A stretch of DNA of 64,000 bases from a virus (lineage: Duplodnaviria > Heunggongvirae > Uroviricota > Caudoviricetes), in IMG/VR virus record IMGVR_UViG_3300050026_000282, positions 13,231-77,230 of that record; one strand, 5' to 3'. Positions 45,589-55,759 of the stretch are shown in pieces. The stretch's first letter is position 1. Each line of letters begins with the position of its first letter. The notes under the pieces were generated by a model. The model saw only the letters and a list, made by a program, of their open reading frames with translations, did no database searches and was not told the origin of the DNA. The position numbers were made by a program, and so were the translations under genes.

Positions 45589-46185
45589 TTATGCGCCCAC
45601 CGAGTAGGTGAACTTCAACTGATCGCCGATGGCGGCCACGTTGTCGCCCGAGGAGAACAGACCTTCCGACCAGAGCACTCCACCGGCCGTGTGATCGCCC
45701 TTCGTCTGGGCTGATGCGCCACCGCAAATGAACGCGCCTTTGATGGTGCCGGGCGAGGTAATGTCGAAGATGGCCGGGGTGCTGTTGGTGATCGCTTGGG
45801 CAGATGCCGAAGCTGCCGCCCACGCGGGGCGGGTCGTGCTGCTCTGGGCGTTGGCATCGTCGTTGTAGCCGGTGAACTCTTTCCAACCGTCCGCAGTCTG
45901 GCCGATGTCGGCGTAATCGTCGGCGACGGCCAAGGCCGTGTAACTCACGCTACTGACAAGCCCGACATACCAAGTCGTAAGCTGGGCCGTGCCCTTGAAC
46001 ATCGTATTGAACATCCGGTTCTTCCCCTCGTTCGTGACGAGGTTGTGGAACGGATACTCGGCGATCTTCTCGCCGTTGCGCCAGTGCTCCATCAGGAAGC
46101 GACCTTCCAACTTCAGGGCATCCTCTTCGCCGCGCTTCCGCACCGACATCACAGCCGCACTCTCTTGCATTTTCAGCGTATCCAT
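45589..46185 (-). CDS. tail-associated hypothetical protein (198 aa)
   Basis: ORF track; placed between tape measure and fibre block. Confidence 0.4.
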   Translation of the reverse strand: MDTLKMQESAAVMSVRKRGEEDALKLEGRFLMEHWRNGEKIAEYPFHNLVTNEGKNRMFNTMFKGTAQLTTWYVGLVSSVSYTALAVADDYADIGQTADGWKEFTGYNDDANAQSSTTRPAWAAASASAQAITNSTPAIFDITSPGTIKGAFICGGASAQTKGDHTAGGVLWSEGLFSSGDNVAAIGDQLKFTYSVGA

Positions 46186-46206
46186 TGTCGTCTCTCCCGG
46201 TTGTTT

Positions 46207-49200
46207 CTACAGAACTGCTAATCCCCTACGTAGCTCGCGGCGTAACTCAACCGCGATTGACCTTGCTGTCTGCTTTCCGCTCGCACCTCCGTTTACCGTG
46301 ACGTTGATGTCCCCGACCGTTGTCGTTTGGCCGCCCTCATTGCGGAACACGGGCTGGGTGCCTGCATTCATGGCAATGAGTTGTGAGGCGAACTTGCGAC
46401 TCGATGCCGCATTGATGACCATTTCGCCCGGCGATAGCATTGCCGGGATCGTGTCGCTCCCCCGGCCGCCGTCCGCACGATAGATGAAGTTCCCAGTGCA
46501 AGCAGTTTGCGGCTTGTCACCATAAACAGCCGAGACGCCGATCAGATTCTCCCAAGCATCAGCAAGATTCTGGATCGACTCAATCTGGTCGTTGATCGCA
46601 CTGGTCTTGTTGCTAATTGCCTGCGTCTGCTGATTGATAATTTGCAAGACGCGCTGGGCATCCTGAGCATCTTTCTTACTGTCCGGTGGGGCGCTCTTTT
46701 CCAACGCCTGTCGCTGCTTCATCAACTCCAGCATGTTCTCCATCGGTGTGGCGATCTGGGTGTTATTCCAAGGGCCGGCCACATGACGAGTGTTGTCTTG
46801 ATTCAAGAGTGTCTTGAGTGAGTCTTCCTTGTTCTTGCCATACTTCCCCTGGTGGAATAACTTGTTGGCTTGTAATGCACCGGCCACGAGGTCTCGCGTT
46901 GCCTGCTCCTGGCGCGGCGTATTCTGGTGCGAATAGTTGTTGATGCCTTCTTGAAAGTGAGCATATTGCTGCGTAAAAGCTGACGAGTTCTTGCGCATCT
47001 CTGTTTCGTACTGCCGCCGTGCAACTCCGGCTGCCAGGGCCTTATTTGCCTTGTCTTGAGCGTCCTTGGCTAATCTGTCCACACCGACAACACCCACCGA
47101 TTCACCGGTGTATCTCTCAAGGTCCTTTGTTCCAGCAACCTTTGCGCCGAGCTTTGCGCCCATGCCCTCAAGCTGAGCCCGCAGCCGCTCCAATGCTTCT
47201 GGCGCGAACTCGACTTGTCGAATCTGGAAGCCACCAGCCTCTCGCTCCGCGCGACGGAACATTGCCTGGAAGGCTTCCGGGTCATTCATAAAGGGTTCGC
47301 TGAAGTCTTTGCCGTAACCCTTGACATCCGAGACGAGCTTCTGCGTGGCGGTTTGAAGTCTGGTCTGGTGCTGCTTGAACTCGGCCGAAGTCATCGGACG
47401 CTCTTTACCGTTCTCGTCCGTGACGGTCTTCTTCTGGAGCTTATCGATCTCCGTGATGTCGGCCTTGATCGTGGCATTGTGCTCTTCCGACTTGTGCGCC
47501 CGTCCCTCCGTCAGTTCGGCGATCTGCGTCTGAAGCTCTTTTTCCTTTTCCAAGGACACAATGCGCTGGTTCTCGACATCGTCCAGGTACTTGGCTGCCG
47601 TGATCTGCTCTCTGGAGCCCTGACCCTTGGCCAGTTCCGCCGTCTTTTGCGCCCACATCTGTGCCCGATTCATCTTCTCCTGGGCAATCTTCTCTTCGAC
47701 GGGGTCCTTAGCAGTCGCAAGTGCCTGGCCGGCTTCCTTGATGGCAGACTCGGTCTCTCGCGTGTACCTGCGGAACAGGGCCACCGGATTTACTTCACGG
47801 TCGGGGTTCCTTGCCTCTTGCTCGTGCAAATGGCCGACGACAGGCCGAGCAAGAGGGGACAGCATCGCTTCGTCCCGCTGCTTCGTCCTCAACTCTGAAA
47901 TCGTCCGAGGAAGTTCCTCGTCAGCCTTCTTGTGAGCCGCCTCCGAAGCCGAAAGCATCTCTTGGGTCATCTGGCGGCGGGCCTGCATAACGTGGTCAAG
48001 TGACATCTTGGTCACTTCTTCCTCGACCAGCGCCGACCGTTGAATATCCTGCCGCTGTTGAAGTAGAGTCTTGTTTGCTTCAGCGGCTCGCTGTCTATAA
48101 CCACGGATAATCGCCTCAGTGGCCCGCTCTGCCTCTCGAATCTGATCGTCCGCTGCTTGCTTTATGTTGCTCAGTTCTTTCGCGTAGGTGACACCCTCGG
48201 CCTCGAAGCGGGCGTCCATCCCCTTCCGAAGCGACTCGCCGATCAACGCACCACCGATACGGGCCTCTTCGACAAGGCCGGCGAACATAAGACCTTTGGA
48301 AAGAAGCCCCGAGAAACCACCAATACCGCTGAGAAAGCCACCCTTGCTGGCGGAACTGGCGCTTGTCGCGCCCAGCATGACATCAATATCTCGCGTAGCG
48401 GTCCGTACTGCGGCTCCGGCGGCGACTGTATCGGCCGCCGCCGTCTTCGTGCGCATCGAGTAGAGAAGCCATGCAGTGGAAGCCGCACCGAGCGCCGCAC
48501 CAATGTAAGGCAGATCGTGGGTGATCGTCTTTATGGTGGAAAGGAAACCATCTGCGCCGGCGGTCAGGGACTTCATCGTGTGAACGATGTCCGTCCCGAA
48601 CTCGGTCGTGAAGTAGTTCTTAACCTTGTTGAGTTCCTTTGTGACTTGCTCAGCGTCGGTCGAGGAGAAGTCGATAAGTTTGCTGTTGAGGGTTTCGGGA
48701 TTGACCGATAGGGCACGGTCCAACGCTTCTTTGTATTTCTGAGCACCTTCGCCGCCGATACGCAACTCACCGACCAAAGCCCGCATGTTGGGGAACATGG
48801 CGGAAAGCTGCGATGCGGCGCTCCCGCCTACCTTCTGCAACTGCTGCAAGGCTCCGGCGAGCCCGTAAGTAGCAATGAGGGCGGGACCCGACTCAACGCC
48901 CAATTGCTGATAGGCTTCCTTCAGATCGGCGGAAGGCTTCAACATGCCCATCATCACGCTACGAAGTTGCGTGCCGGCTTCGTTGGCCTTGACGCCGCCA
49001 ATGGAGATCGTCACTAGGGCGGCTTGCAACTCCTCAACACTCACACCCAACTCATGGCCGAGTGTTTGAACGCGCCCCATTGCCGTGGCCAGGTCAGCCA
49101 TACGGAAGTGCCCGAGAGCGATGGCCTGGTCGAACTGGGCCGCCCGCAATGCCGCCTTGTCGGCCGACTCGCCGTAGGCGTTGAGGGTGCCGGCAACGAG

Positions 49201-49824
49201 AGAGACGGCGGTTCCGAGTTCTTGGCAACTGACCTTGGCCAAGGCATTCGATGCAGTCAGCAGCTTGGATTGATCGGCTACTTTGACGAACTGATTCGAG
49301 ATCGCCTGATACTGACCTTCGGCCACGTCGGAGATTGGCTGGTTGAAAGCATCGGAGAGTTGCCGGATGGTGGTGGCGATCTCACCATAGCTGCGCGAAG
49401 AGTCAACGGCGTGAATCTCGGAAACTGCTTTCTGGAACTTTAAGGCAGCCTCGTAGGACTCCGTGATGGCGTCCCGCACCGTGTTGTACGAACGCAGAAT
49501 CAACTGCGTTTGAGCAACGCGGGCCAAAGTCTCCCAACTCAGGACCCAATGATTCGTCTGCTGGCGGGCGAGGTTGGCGCTGCGAGCGACTTCATTGATG
49601 CCGCTGGCCAACCGGGGCATTTGGTTGGCCGCCCCGCTGGCCGATTCCTTTATCCGTAGCAGCGACGTATCGGCCGCCGCACTATTGAGAATGCCCAAAG
49701 CCGACGCGGTCTTCGTCAAGCGATCACTGAAGGCCGTGAAGCCGTTCTCCAACAGGCCCAATGTCTCAAGGACTTGGTGCGCGTCGAGAACCATCTGCTG
49801 ACGAATTTCTTCTTCGTTCGTCAT
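46207..49824 (-). CDS. tail tape measure protein
   Basis: 1205 aa; long coiled-coil segments and TP901-type TMP core (GTAVSLVAGTLNAYGES...RAAQFDQAIALGHFRMADLATAMGRV...GVKANEAGTQLRSVMMGML). Confidence 0.85.
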   Translation of the reverse strand: MTNEEEIRQQMVLDAHQVLETLGLLENGFTAFSDRLTKTASALGILNSAAADTSLLRIKESASGAANQMPRLASGINEVARSANLARQQTNHWVLSWETLARVAQTQLILRSYNTVRDAITESYEAALKFQKAVSEIHAVDSSRSYGEIATTIRQLSDAFNQPISDVAEGQYQAISNQFVKVADQSKLLTASNALAKVSCQELGTAVSLVAGTLNAYGESADKAALRAAQFDQAIALGHFRMADLATAMGRVQTLGHELGVSVEELQAALVTISIGGVKANEAGTQLRSVMMGMLKPSADLKEAYQQLGVESGPALIATYGLAGALQQLQKVGGSAASQLSAMFPNMRALVGELRIGGEGAQKYKEALDRALSVNPETLNSKLIDFSSTDAEQVTKELNKVKNYFTTEFGTDIVHTMKSLTAGADGFLSTIKTITHDLPYIGAALGAASTAWLLYSMRTKTAAADTVAAGAAVRTATRDIDVMLGATSASSASKGGFLSGIGGFSGLLSKGLMFAGLVEEARIGGALIGESLRKGMDARFEAEGVTYAKELSNIKQAADDQIREAERATEAIIRGYRQRAAEANKTLLQQRQDIQRSALVEEEVTKMSLDHVMQARRQMTQEMLSASEAAHKKADEELPRTISELRTKQRDEAMLSPLARPVVGHLHEQEARNPDREVNPVALFRRYTRETESAIKEAGQALATAKDPVEEKIAQEKMNRAQMWAQKTAELAKGQGSREQITAAKYLDDVENQRIVSLEKEKELQTQIAELTEGRAHKSEEHNATIKADITEIDKLQKKTVTDENGKERPMTSAEFKQHQTRLQTATQKLVSDVKGYGKDFSEPFMNDPEAFQAMFRRAEREAGGFQIRQVEFAPEALERLRAQLEGMGAKLGAKVAGTKDLERYTGESVGVVGVDRLAKDAQDKANKALAAGVARRQYETEMRKNSSAFTQQYAHFQEGINNYSHQNTPRQEQATRDLVAGALQANKLFHQGKYGKNKEDSLKTLLNQDNTRHVAGPWNNTQIATPMENMLELMKQRQALEKSAPPDSKKDAQDAQRVLQIINQQTQAISNKTSAINDQIESIQNLADAWENLIGVSAVYGDKPQTACTGNFIYRADGGRGSDTIPAMLSPGEMVINAASSRKFASQLIAMNAGTQPVFRNEGGQTTTVGDINVTVNGGASGKQTARSIAVELRRELRRGLAVL

Positions 49825-49831
49825 GGTACTG

Positions 49832-50356
49832 CTAGCCCACAGAGATTTGTTGGACCGTTATGCACTGACGCCAGTCAGGCAGGCACTCAAAGTCATGCGC
49901 GACATAATCGCGGAACGCCTTTTGACCCTTTTCCTGGAAGTGGTAAGGGCCTGGATGCAGCAGATGGAAATAGGGTCGTTGGGTCTGAGGATTGATGAAG
50001 GTGTTGGCGTTGCAGTATTCGTTGACGATCAGGTGGGGAAGAGTTGTTTCGTAACTGAAGCTGTAAATGCCGGTCGCCGGATTCGTTTCAAAGGTGGCTG
50101 TCCCCGTCTCCAGGCCAAGGTCGATTCGGTCTGGGGCCGTGGATGAAACTCCTATTGACAGGGGGTAGCCAACTTGGTGCGCCAACTCAGTGAAGGTCGC
50201 CTTCGACGCTCCACTCCAGACAGGGACGACTTCATCCACCGACACCAGCCACTTGCAGCCCGCTTGAGCGATTGCCTCTGACAGCCTCGCGTGCAAGAGT
50301 TCCCTGCACTTGGCCAGATTGAGTCGCGGAGCCCGAAGAGTCGCTTTAAGAAACAC
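49832..50356 (-). CDS. hypothetical protein (174 aa) between chaperone and tape measure
   Basis: ORF track; protein-like composition. Confidence 0.4.
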   Translation of the reverse strand: MFLKATLRAPRLNLAKCRELLHARLSEAIAQAGCKWLVSVDEVVPVWSGASKATFTELAHQVGYPLSIGVSSTAPDRIDLGLETGTATFETNPATGIYSFSYETTLPHLIVNEYCNANTFINPQTQRPYFHLLHPGPYHFQEKGQKAFRDYVAHDFECLPDWRQCITVQQISVG

Positions 50357-51010
50357 ACTTCGCTCCGGCCAAGGCCAGTTGTTGTTGACTCTCGTCGTAG
50401 CTCATCAACTGATCGAACGCGATTGTCAGAGCTTGCGTGAATGCGCCGCAATCGTCCCATGATTCCTTGACATCGGGCGGTCGGATACCGAGTCTCGCGC
50501 ATGCCTTCCAAATGGCATACTGCTCGGTCCGGTACTCCGGCCAGATTATGTCTTTGGTGCTTCCGGCCGCCCAAGTAGAAAAATCGCACGCGCCTGATCC
50601 AGCTTGGACTCACTCAAGCTGTTGGCTTCCAGAACGAGATTGAAGACCCGGTTGCGCTCGGCATGGGTGAAGCCGTTGCTCTTCAAATCAGCGTCCCAAT
50701 TGGGCCACGTCGAAGGTTGGTCGGGTTTGACCGTGTCCCACTCCATATCCTGGAGCGACTTTACAACATAGTAAGCCCACCGGCGCTTGCCATGTTCCTT
50801 CAGGTCCGACAGGTAGTTAGCGTCTTCCGTATCGAGCCGCTGGCCGCTGTTGGTAGAGATCACCGGAGGAGTCGGCTCGGGACAGAGTTTATTGAACTCG
50901 TCCATATCGGACAGCCCTCGGGCCTTGAACACGATATTTCCGTCCCCTCGGGGCAGAACGAGCGTATCCTCCGGTGGAAGCAATTTCGGATCGATTCCTG
51001 CGATCTTCAT
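50346..51010 (-). CDS. tail assembly chaperone G-T fusion via putative -1 frameshift
   Basis: The -1 frame is open with no start codon from 50609 down to 50348. It encodes protein-like ...FSTWAAGSTKDIIWPEYRTEQYAIWKACARLGIRPPDVKESWDDCGAFTQALTIAFDQLMSYDESQQQLALAGAKCVS. It overlaps the last ~20 codons of G; a T5 run (plus-strand A5 at 50579-50583) lies in the overlap. Confidence 0.45.
50546..51010 (-). CDS. tail assembly chaperone (G-like)
   Basis: Internal start MKIAGIDPKLLPPEDTLVLPRGDGNIVFKARGL; located between tail tube and tape measure. Confidence 0.45.
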   Translation of the reverse strand: MKIAGIDPKLLPPEDTLVLPRGDGNIVFKARGLSDMDEFNKLCPEPTPPVISTNSGQRLDTEDANYLSDLKEHGKRRWAYYVVKSLQDMEWDTVKPDQPSTWPNWDADLKSNGFTHAERNRVFNLVLEANSLSESKLDQARAIFLLGRPEAPKT

Positions 51011-51117
51011 TGATCTGTTCCTTGCAATTGTGTTTCGTAAGATGCGGTCCCGGCCCGATTGCCGGGACCGCACTGAGCGTAGTGCTCAACAAACCGGTCG
51101 AATGACCGGGGAGTCGT

Positions 51118-51867
51118 TTACAGAACGGCGGGGCCTCGCGTGATGATCGGCTCCGTCACGTTGCACTTGCCGTTGACGGCCACGTTCGCCGCCTTGAAGT
51201 CGTGGTCCCGCTTCTCCGCACGGAACAACGGAAACACGTAGGTTTCCTCGTTCGTCGTGAGACAGGGCGGAATGTAATCCACGACGAGGTCCACCGCGTA
51301 AGGCTGGCATCCATCGGGGTCGGCAGAGACCCACTCGGAGGCCGCGCCGATGCCCTTGATGGCTTCAATCGGCGAGATCGGCTGCCCCGTACCGGACTTG
51401 GTGTACTCCCAAGTGAAGTTGAGAGACACGTCCATCGGCACGTCGTCCCCGTCACGGACGACATCCAGCCGGCCGCGATCCAGGTCGTAGTGGTACTGAT
51501 CGTTCTCGCTGTACTTCAGATCGCCGTCGCCGATCTTCACGTAAAGCAACTGCGGAAGGAAGGTCACAACCGCCGTGCCGACATAAGTGCCGGCACCGAG
51601 AGCGGGTGAGAACGTGATCGTCGTGGTCGTGCCCGAATCGGGCGTGCGGGCCGTGACGACATGCTTGACCGGCTTCGTCTCGCCGGCAATCGTGAAACGA
51701 GCACCGACCGGAATCTGATCCGCAACCTCGGTGTTCAGTGCCACGGTATTGACCTTCAAGGTCGTGTCACCAGACGCCGGAACCGGTTCCGCCTGGTCGG
51801 CGCTTGCCGTGCCGCTCAGACCGTCACGGATGTACGGCGAGCAATATCGCAACTCGATGCGTCCCAT
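51118..51867 (-). CDS. major tail (tube) protein, by position
   Basis: 249 aa immediately upstream of the G/GT chaperone. Confidence 0.45.
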   Translation of the reverse strand: MGRIELRYCSPYIRDGLSGTASADQAEPVPASGDTTLKVNTVALNTEVADQIPVGARFTIAGETKPVKHVVTARTPDSGTTTTITFSPALGAGTYVGTAVVTFLPQLLYVKIGDGDLKYSENDQYHYDLDRGRLDVVRDGDDVPMDVSLNFTWEYTKSGTGQPISPIEAIKGIGAASEWVSADPDGCQPYAVDLVVDYIPPCLTTNEETYVFPLFRAEKRDHDFKAANVAVNGKCNVTEPIITRGPAVL

Positions 51868-51878
51868 CGCTGTATCTC

Positions 51879-52385
51879 CTAGTTGTCACTCAATTCGGCC
51901 ATATAACGGTCTTCCACCTCAACCTGACGCAACCGATCTACAACGTCGATTTGTCCGAAGTCGAGGACTCTGGCTGCCTGCCCGAACTTCGGGAGAAGAC
52001 AGCCAACCGTTACGAGCGTAGTCGGGTCGTCTTCGACAAAGTCCCCTGGCTCACTCCCGTAGTTCATTACTGGAATAGGCTTATCCATCGCCTGTTGAAA
52101 AGTACCCGCGTACTTCAATATGTCGTAAGCGTTTCGCCGAGAATCAAATCGGCTGGTTAAGAGCACATTGACATCAGCGAAGGCTTGAAAGTAGTTGTTG
52201 CTAAGTTCCTTGACGAAGGGACCGGTGATGCGAATTTCCACTCGGTCGCCGGCCCTCATAAAGGCTTCCGTTCGCTCGTCAATCGTCTCTACGAGCACGG
52301 GCAGATTGAGACTCACCGCCACTTGCTTCATGCAGTCGGCCAAAGAAGCAAATATCCATCGTGGCCAGTTAGGATTCGCCATCAC
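51879..52385 (-). CDS. tail terminator / neck protein, by position
   Basis: ORF track, 168 aa. Confidence 0.35.
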   Translation of the reverse strand: MMANPNWPRWIFASLADCMKQVAVSLNLPVLVETIDERTEAFMRAGDRVEIRITGPFVKELSNNYFQAFADVNVLLTSRFDSRRNAYDILKYAGTFQQAMDKPIPVMNYGSEPGDFVEDDPTTLVTVGCLLPKFGQAARVLDFGQIDVVDRLRQVEVEDRYMAELSDN

Positions 52386-52885
52386 GCAGTCTCCGTCAGA
52401 GTGACAGCGTCCTGGGAACGAACGTCAAACTCTTGCTGCGGCACTTCACCGACCAACTCTCGACCGGTGACGATCCAACTCGCATCAACTTCCAGGCAAT
52501 CAACCTTGCTCACCCGATACTTTTGGCCGTGGGCAACAATCCAGTCGTCCATTGTCAACGTGTCGAGTTCGCGTGTGTCTTTCCGGTCGATGATGAATTG
52601 GCAGACGCCGACTTCATAGGCACCACTTGCCGTGAAGTCCCGACTGGCCTCAGTGCCAGCAGCCATCTTGCGAGCCAATGCCTTCCGTGACTCCGAGGTC
52701 GGCAGAATGGCCGCGCGACGGACATGGACGACTTTGGTCGTCAAAGCGATCTTGCCCGTCCTCGGATCGGACGAACAAGTAAGCAGCTTGTAAACGTCGA
52801 TAGGACCCCCGAAGCGCCGCTTCAGGTTGTAAAGAGCCGCTCGTTGTTGCAGGTAAAGAGTGTTCACACCTGATCCCCGTGGCAT
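52382..52885 (-). CDS. head-tail adaptor-like protein, by position
   Basis: ORF track, 167 aa; ATGA overlap. Confidence 0.35.
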   Translation of the reverse strand: MPRGSGVNTLYLQQRAALYNLKRRFGGPIDVYKLLTCSSDPRTGKIALTTKVVHVRRAAILPTSESRKALARKMAAGTEASRDFTASGAYEVGVCQFIIDRKDTRELDTLTMDDWIVAHGQKYRVSKVDCLEVDASWIVTGRELVGEVPQQEFDVRSQDAVTLTETA

Positions 52886-53196
52886 GGCTCAGTACCGGAG
52901 TCGGCGATCAGTTGATCGAAAAGTTGCCGGGCATTCTTGTTCTGGAATTGCCGGCAACGGCTCAATACTTTGCCGATCCGAGACATAACTTGCGTGTTCC
53001 GAGCAATCACGCTGACACATTCTTTGAGCATGGGCATCAGGACTTCCTTTTGCTCCTGCTCCAGCTTCTCGATGCGGGATTGCAGGTGATCCTCACGTCG
53101 CCAGTCTTTCCAAAGGAAGAAGATGAGCGCGATGAGCGTTGGGCCGGCGATTGGCCCCCACTCCCTTAAAATCAGCCACAGGTCTGACAGCCCCAT
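52864..53196 (-). CDS. hypothetical protein with N-terminal hydrophobic helix and coiled coil (110 aa)
   Basis: ORF track. Confidence 0.3.
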   Translation of the reverse strand: MGLSDLWLILREWGPIAGPTLIALIFFLWKDWRREDHLQSRIEKLEQEQKEVLMPMLKECVSVIARNTQVMSRIGKVLSRCRQFQNKNARQLFDQLIADSGTEPCHGDQV

Positions 53197-53268
53197 AGAG
53201 CACCTCCGTGAGTCACTTTCACCACCCCCGGCCGTTTGGCCGGGGGTGGTTTCAGTGTTTGTCAGACC

Positions 53269-54756
53269 TTAGCCGAGCAGTGGCACGGCCAGCCGGGTGT
53301 CCAGAACGGCCACGCCAGCCAACATATCAACGGCGATCACGAGGCCCTCGTTGATCTTGTGCTGCATGGCGATACGGATACCCATGCCGTAGTCCTCTTG
53401 CACCCCGAACTCGATGCCAGCGGCATGAGTCGTGGCCAAGGGCCGGGTGACGAGGGCCAGGGCGTTCTTGTGCATGGCAATGTTGAACGAGCCCATCGGG
53501 CCGGGGTACGCGGGGTCGGCGACGGCCACGGCGTAATCCAACGGACGATCCAACAGAACCGCAGTCGCGTTTCCGACCGTGGTGGTTTCGATGATGACGT
53601 ACAGCGCCCGGCCCGCACCGCTGCCGAAGGCGACCAACTGGCCGATTTGCGGAGCGGCCCCGGCCCCGTAGCTGCCGAGCACGACATCCTCAGCCCAACC
53701 AGCCGCGTAGCTGGTGTTGCCGGTGTAGCCAGCGGCTACCGGAGCAGCCACGGCGCACGCCTTGTAGCGAGCCACAGCCGTACCGGCCGTGGTGGCGTAG
53801 GCGTTCGGCTCGTTGAGCGTGACGGCCTTGCTGGAACCGTCCACGGCAGCCGCCCAAGTGGGCTGGTCGTTGCCGGAGACCACGACGAACTCACCCGCCA
53901 CGCAATCCGTCAGCGACAGGGCTTGGGCGTCCTTGCTGGCAGCGGCATGGGCCGCCGTCACAGTGCCCAACTCGATGTCGGTGCCCCCCAGAACGCTGGG
54001 CACGTTCTGGAACATATAGGTGTCGAAGCCCAAGATCGAGCCGAGCACGGCGCTCTGCAAGGTCTTGCCGCCGTCACCACGCTTCTGAGCCTCGACGAAC
54101 TTGTCGCAGCCCAACATGGTCGCCTTGGCGCTGGGAGCGCACAACAGTGAACGGCCATCCGTATCCGCCTTGTTGATGTTCAGAACCTCGTCGGCCCGCA
54201 CGCAAGCGTCGTACACGTTAGTGCCGTTCAGAGCGTTGAGCCGGCCAGCCCGCATGTTGTAAGCGCCGAGGAAGGCGCTTCCCAGCCGACCGAGAACGGC
54301 CCGGTCCACGCCGCGAGCGATGGACAGAATCAGCGGCTCCAGGTAAACCTGCGACAGTTCCACGAAGGACTTGCTCATCGCGCCTTCGGGAATCGTGATG
54401 CTCTCGTTGAACCACTGGTTCAACGGCACCTGGACATCGGTGGCTTGAACGTTCTGCAAGAGGTTGGCGGCCGGAGTCGAATCCGTGCGCCGTTTGGTCT
54501 TGACCTCACCGGGGCGTCGGGTGTGGACCAAGTCACCGAAGCTGGCCACTTCGTTCTGGAAATCACGGTGGACCAAGTTGGTCACACCCATCTTTTCCTT
54601 GAGAATGCGCAAGGACTCCATCGCCCAAATCTTCGGGATGAAGGAGCCAGGAAAGCCGCTGGTATCTCCCGTCTGGACCGGTCCGGGGCCAGAGAAGTTA
54701 CCGTCGAAAGCATCGTAGCAGGGCTCGAACACAGGAACTTCCATTTCGCACAACAT
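53269..54756 (-). CDS. major capsid protein, by size and position
   Basis: 495 aa directly downstream of the scaffold-like gene; Ala/Gly-rich C-terminal half. Confidence 0.55.
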   Translation of the reverse strand: MLCEMEVPVFEPCYDAFDGNFSGPGPVQTGDTSGFPGSFIPKIWAMESLRILKEKMGVTNLVHRDFQNEVASFGDLVHTRRPGEVKTKRRTDSTPAANLLQNVQATDVQVPLNQWFNESITIPEGAMSKSFVELSQVYLEPLILSIARGVDRAVLGRLGSAFLGAYNMRAGRLNALNGTNVYDACVRADEVLNINKADTDGRSLLCAPSAKATMLGCDKFVEAQKRGDGGKTLQSAVLGSILGFDTYMFQNVPSVLGGTDIELGTVTAAHAAASKDAQALSLTDCVAGEFVVVSGNDQPTWAAAVDGSSKAVTLNEPNAYATTAGTAVARYKACAVAAPVAAGYTGNTSYAAGWAEDVVLGSYGAGAAPQIGQLVAFGSGAGRALYVIIETTTVGNATAVLLDRPLDYAVAVADPAYPGPMGSFNIAMHKNALALVTRPLATTHAAGIEFGVQEDYGMGIRIAMQHKINEGLVIAVDMLAGVAVLDTRLAVPLLG

Positions 54757-54822
54757 AGCTACTCTCCAAAGATGTCTGTTTTCTTTCGCACTGACACCCG
54801 TCTTTGCGGTGCTGACGGTCGC

Positions 54823-55671
54823 CTACTTTCGCGCTGATCCGAAGATGGCCGCGAAGCGCTTGGGGTCCTTGCGAAGGGCCTCATACTGCTCCTGCGTCAA
54901 CGTGCTCAAATCAACTGCGCCGCTTGGACCCGACTGACCAGCCGGTGAGGAAGAGGAAGAGGAACTGGCACCAATGCCCGTGGCAGCACCGGATTTGAAG
55001 AGATTGCCGAACTGCGCCGGCAGGCTCTTCATCCACTCGACTGCCTTGGTGGGCGTCATCATCTCAGTCTTCCCATCTTTCTTGATTTCCACGACGGTCT
55101 CATACTGACCGGTGGGTTGACCTTGTGCGTCCGTGATCGGAGCGATCTTCGTGGCCGGCTTGAGCAGAGCCACAAGCTGATCGGCATTGAACGCATCGCC
55201 TTTGACGGCGGCGTCCTGGAGATCACGGGCGACGGTCGAACTGGTAAAACGCTGCTCCCACTCTTGGGCCTTGGCTGTTGCCTGCTTGGCCGCCGTGTCG
55301 GCATCGTTCCGCAGCTTGGCGAGTTGCTGCTTGTGCAACTCCTCGGCGCTGTAGAGCTTTCCCTGCACTTCGTCCAACTGGCCTTGCAACTCGGCCCGTT
55401 TCTGCTCCGTGAGGCCCTGCTGGGCCATCGCATCTTTCAAGTTCTGCTCGTGATGCGCGGCGATCTCCCTCAGCGTGGTCTCGCCCTTCTTCCGCTCTTT
55501 CGCCAGGAACGAATTGACTTCATCCTGGGTGAACGTCTTGGGCAGCGGAGGAGGAGTCCCAGCGGCAGCGGCGGCGGCAGCAGCGGCAGCAGCGGAGGCA
55601 GCGGCAGCGTCGGGAGTAGCTTCGCCTTCGTAACAGCACACGAACATGGGGCATTCAAACGACGACAACAT
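54823..55671 (-). CDS. scaffolding protein
   Basis: Poly-Ala/Pro N-terminus, long coiled coil (LQGQLDEVQGKLYSAEELHKQQLAKLRNDADTAAKQATAKAQEWEQR), acidic. Confidence 0.5.
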   Translation of the reverse strand: MLSSFECPMFVCCYEGEATPDAAAASAAAAAAAAAAAGTPPPLPKTFTQDEVNSFLAKERKKGETTLREIAAHHEQNLKDAMAQQGLTEQKRAELQGQLDEVQGKLYSAEELHKQQLAKLRNDADTAAKQATAKAQEWEQRFTSSTVARDLQDAAVKGDAFNADQLVALLKPATKIAPITDAQGQPTGQYETVVEIKKDGKTEMMTPTKAVEWMKSLPAQFGNLFKSGAATGIGASSSSSSSPAGQSGPSGAVDLSTLTQEQYEALRKDPKRFAAIFGSARK

Positions 55672-55759
55672 AATCAGCCTCTTTCTGGGTCTGGAACCCG
55701 ACAGTTACGCCGGTCGGTACGGCTCAGTCCAGCAAAAGGGCTGGCTAAGCGACAAAACG

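Noticed and set aside
50152-50613. 153-aa minus-strand track ORF between chaperone and tape measure
   Set aside because: Arg-rich non-protein-like composition. The other (-1) frame over the same DNA is protein-like and fits a G/GT frameshift, so this frame is treated as noise.
53236-54150. 304-aa plus-strand ORF
   Set aside because: Antisense to the capsid gene; Gly/Arg-rich shadow frame.
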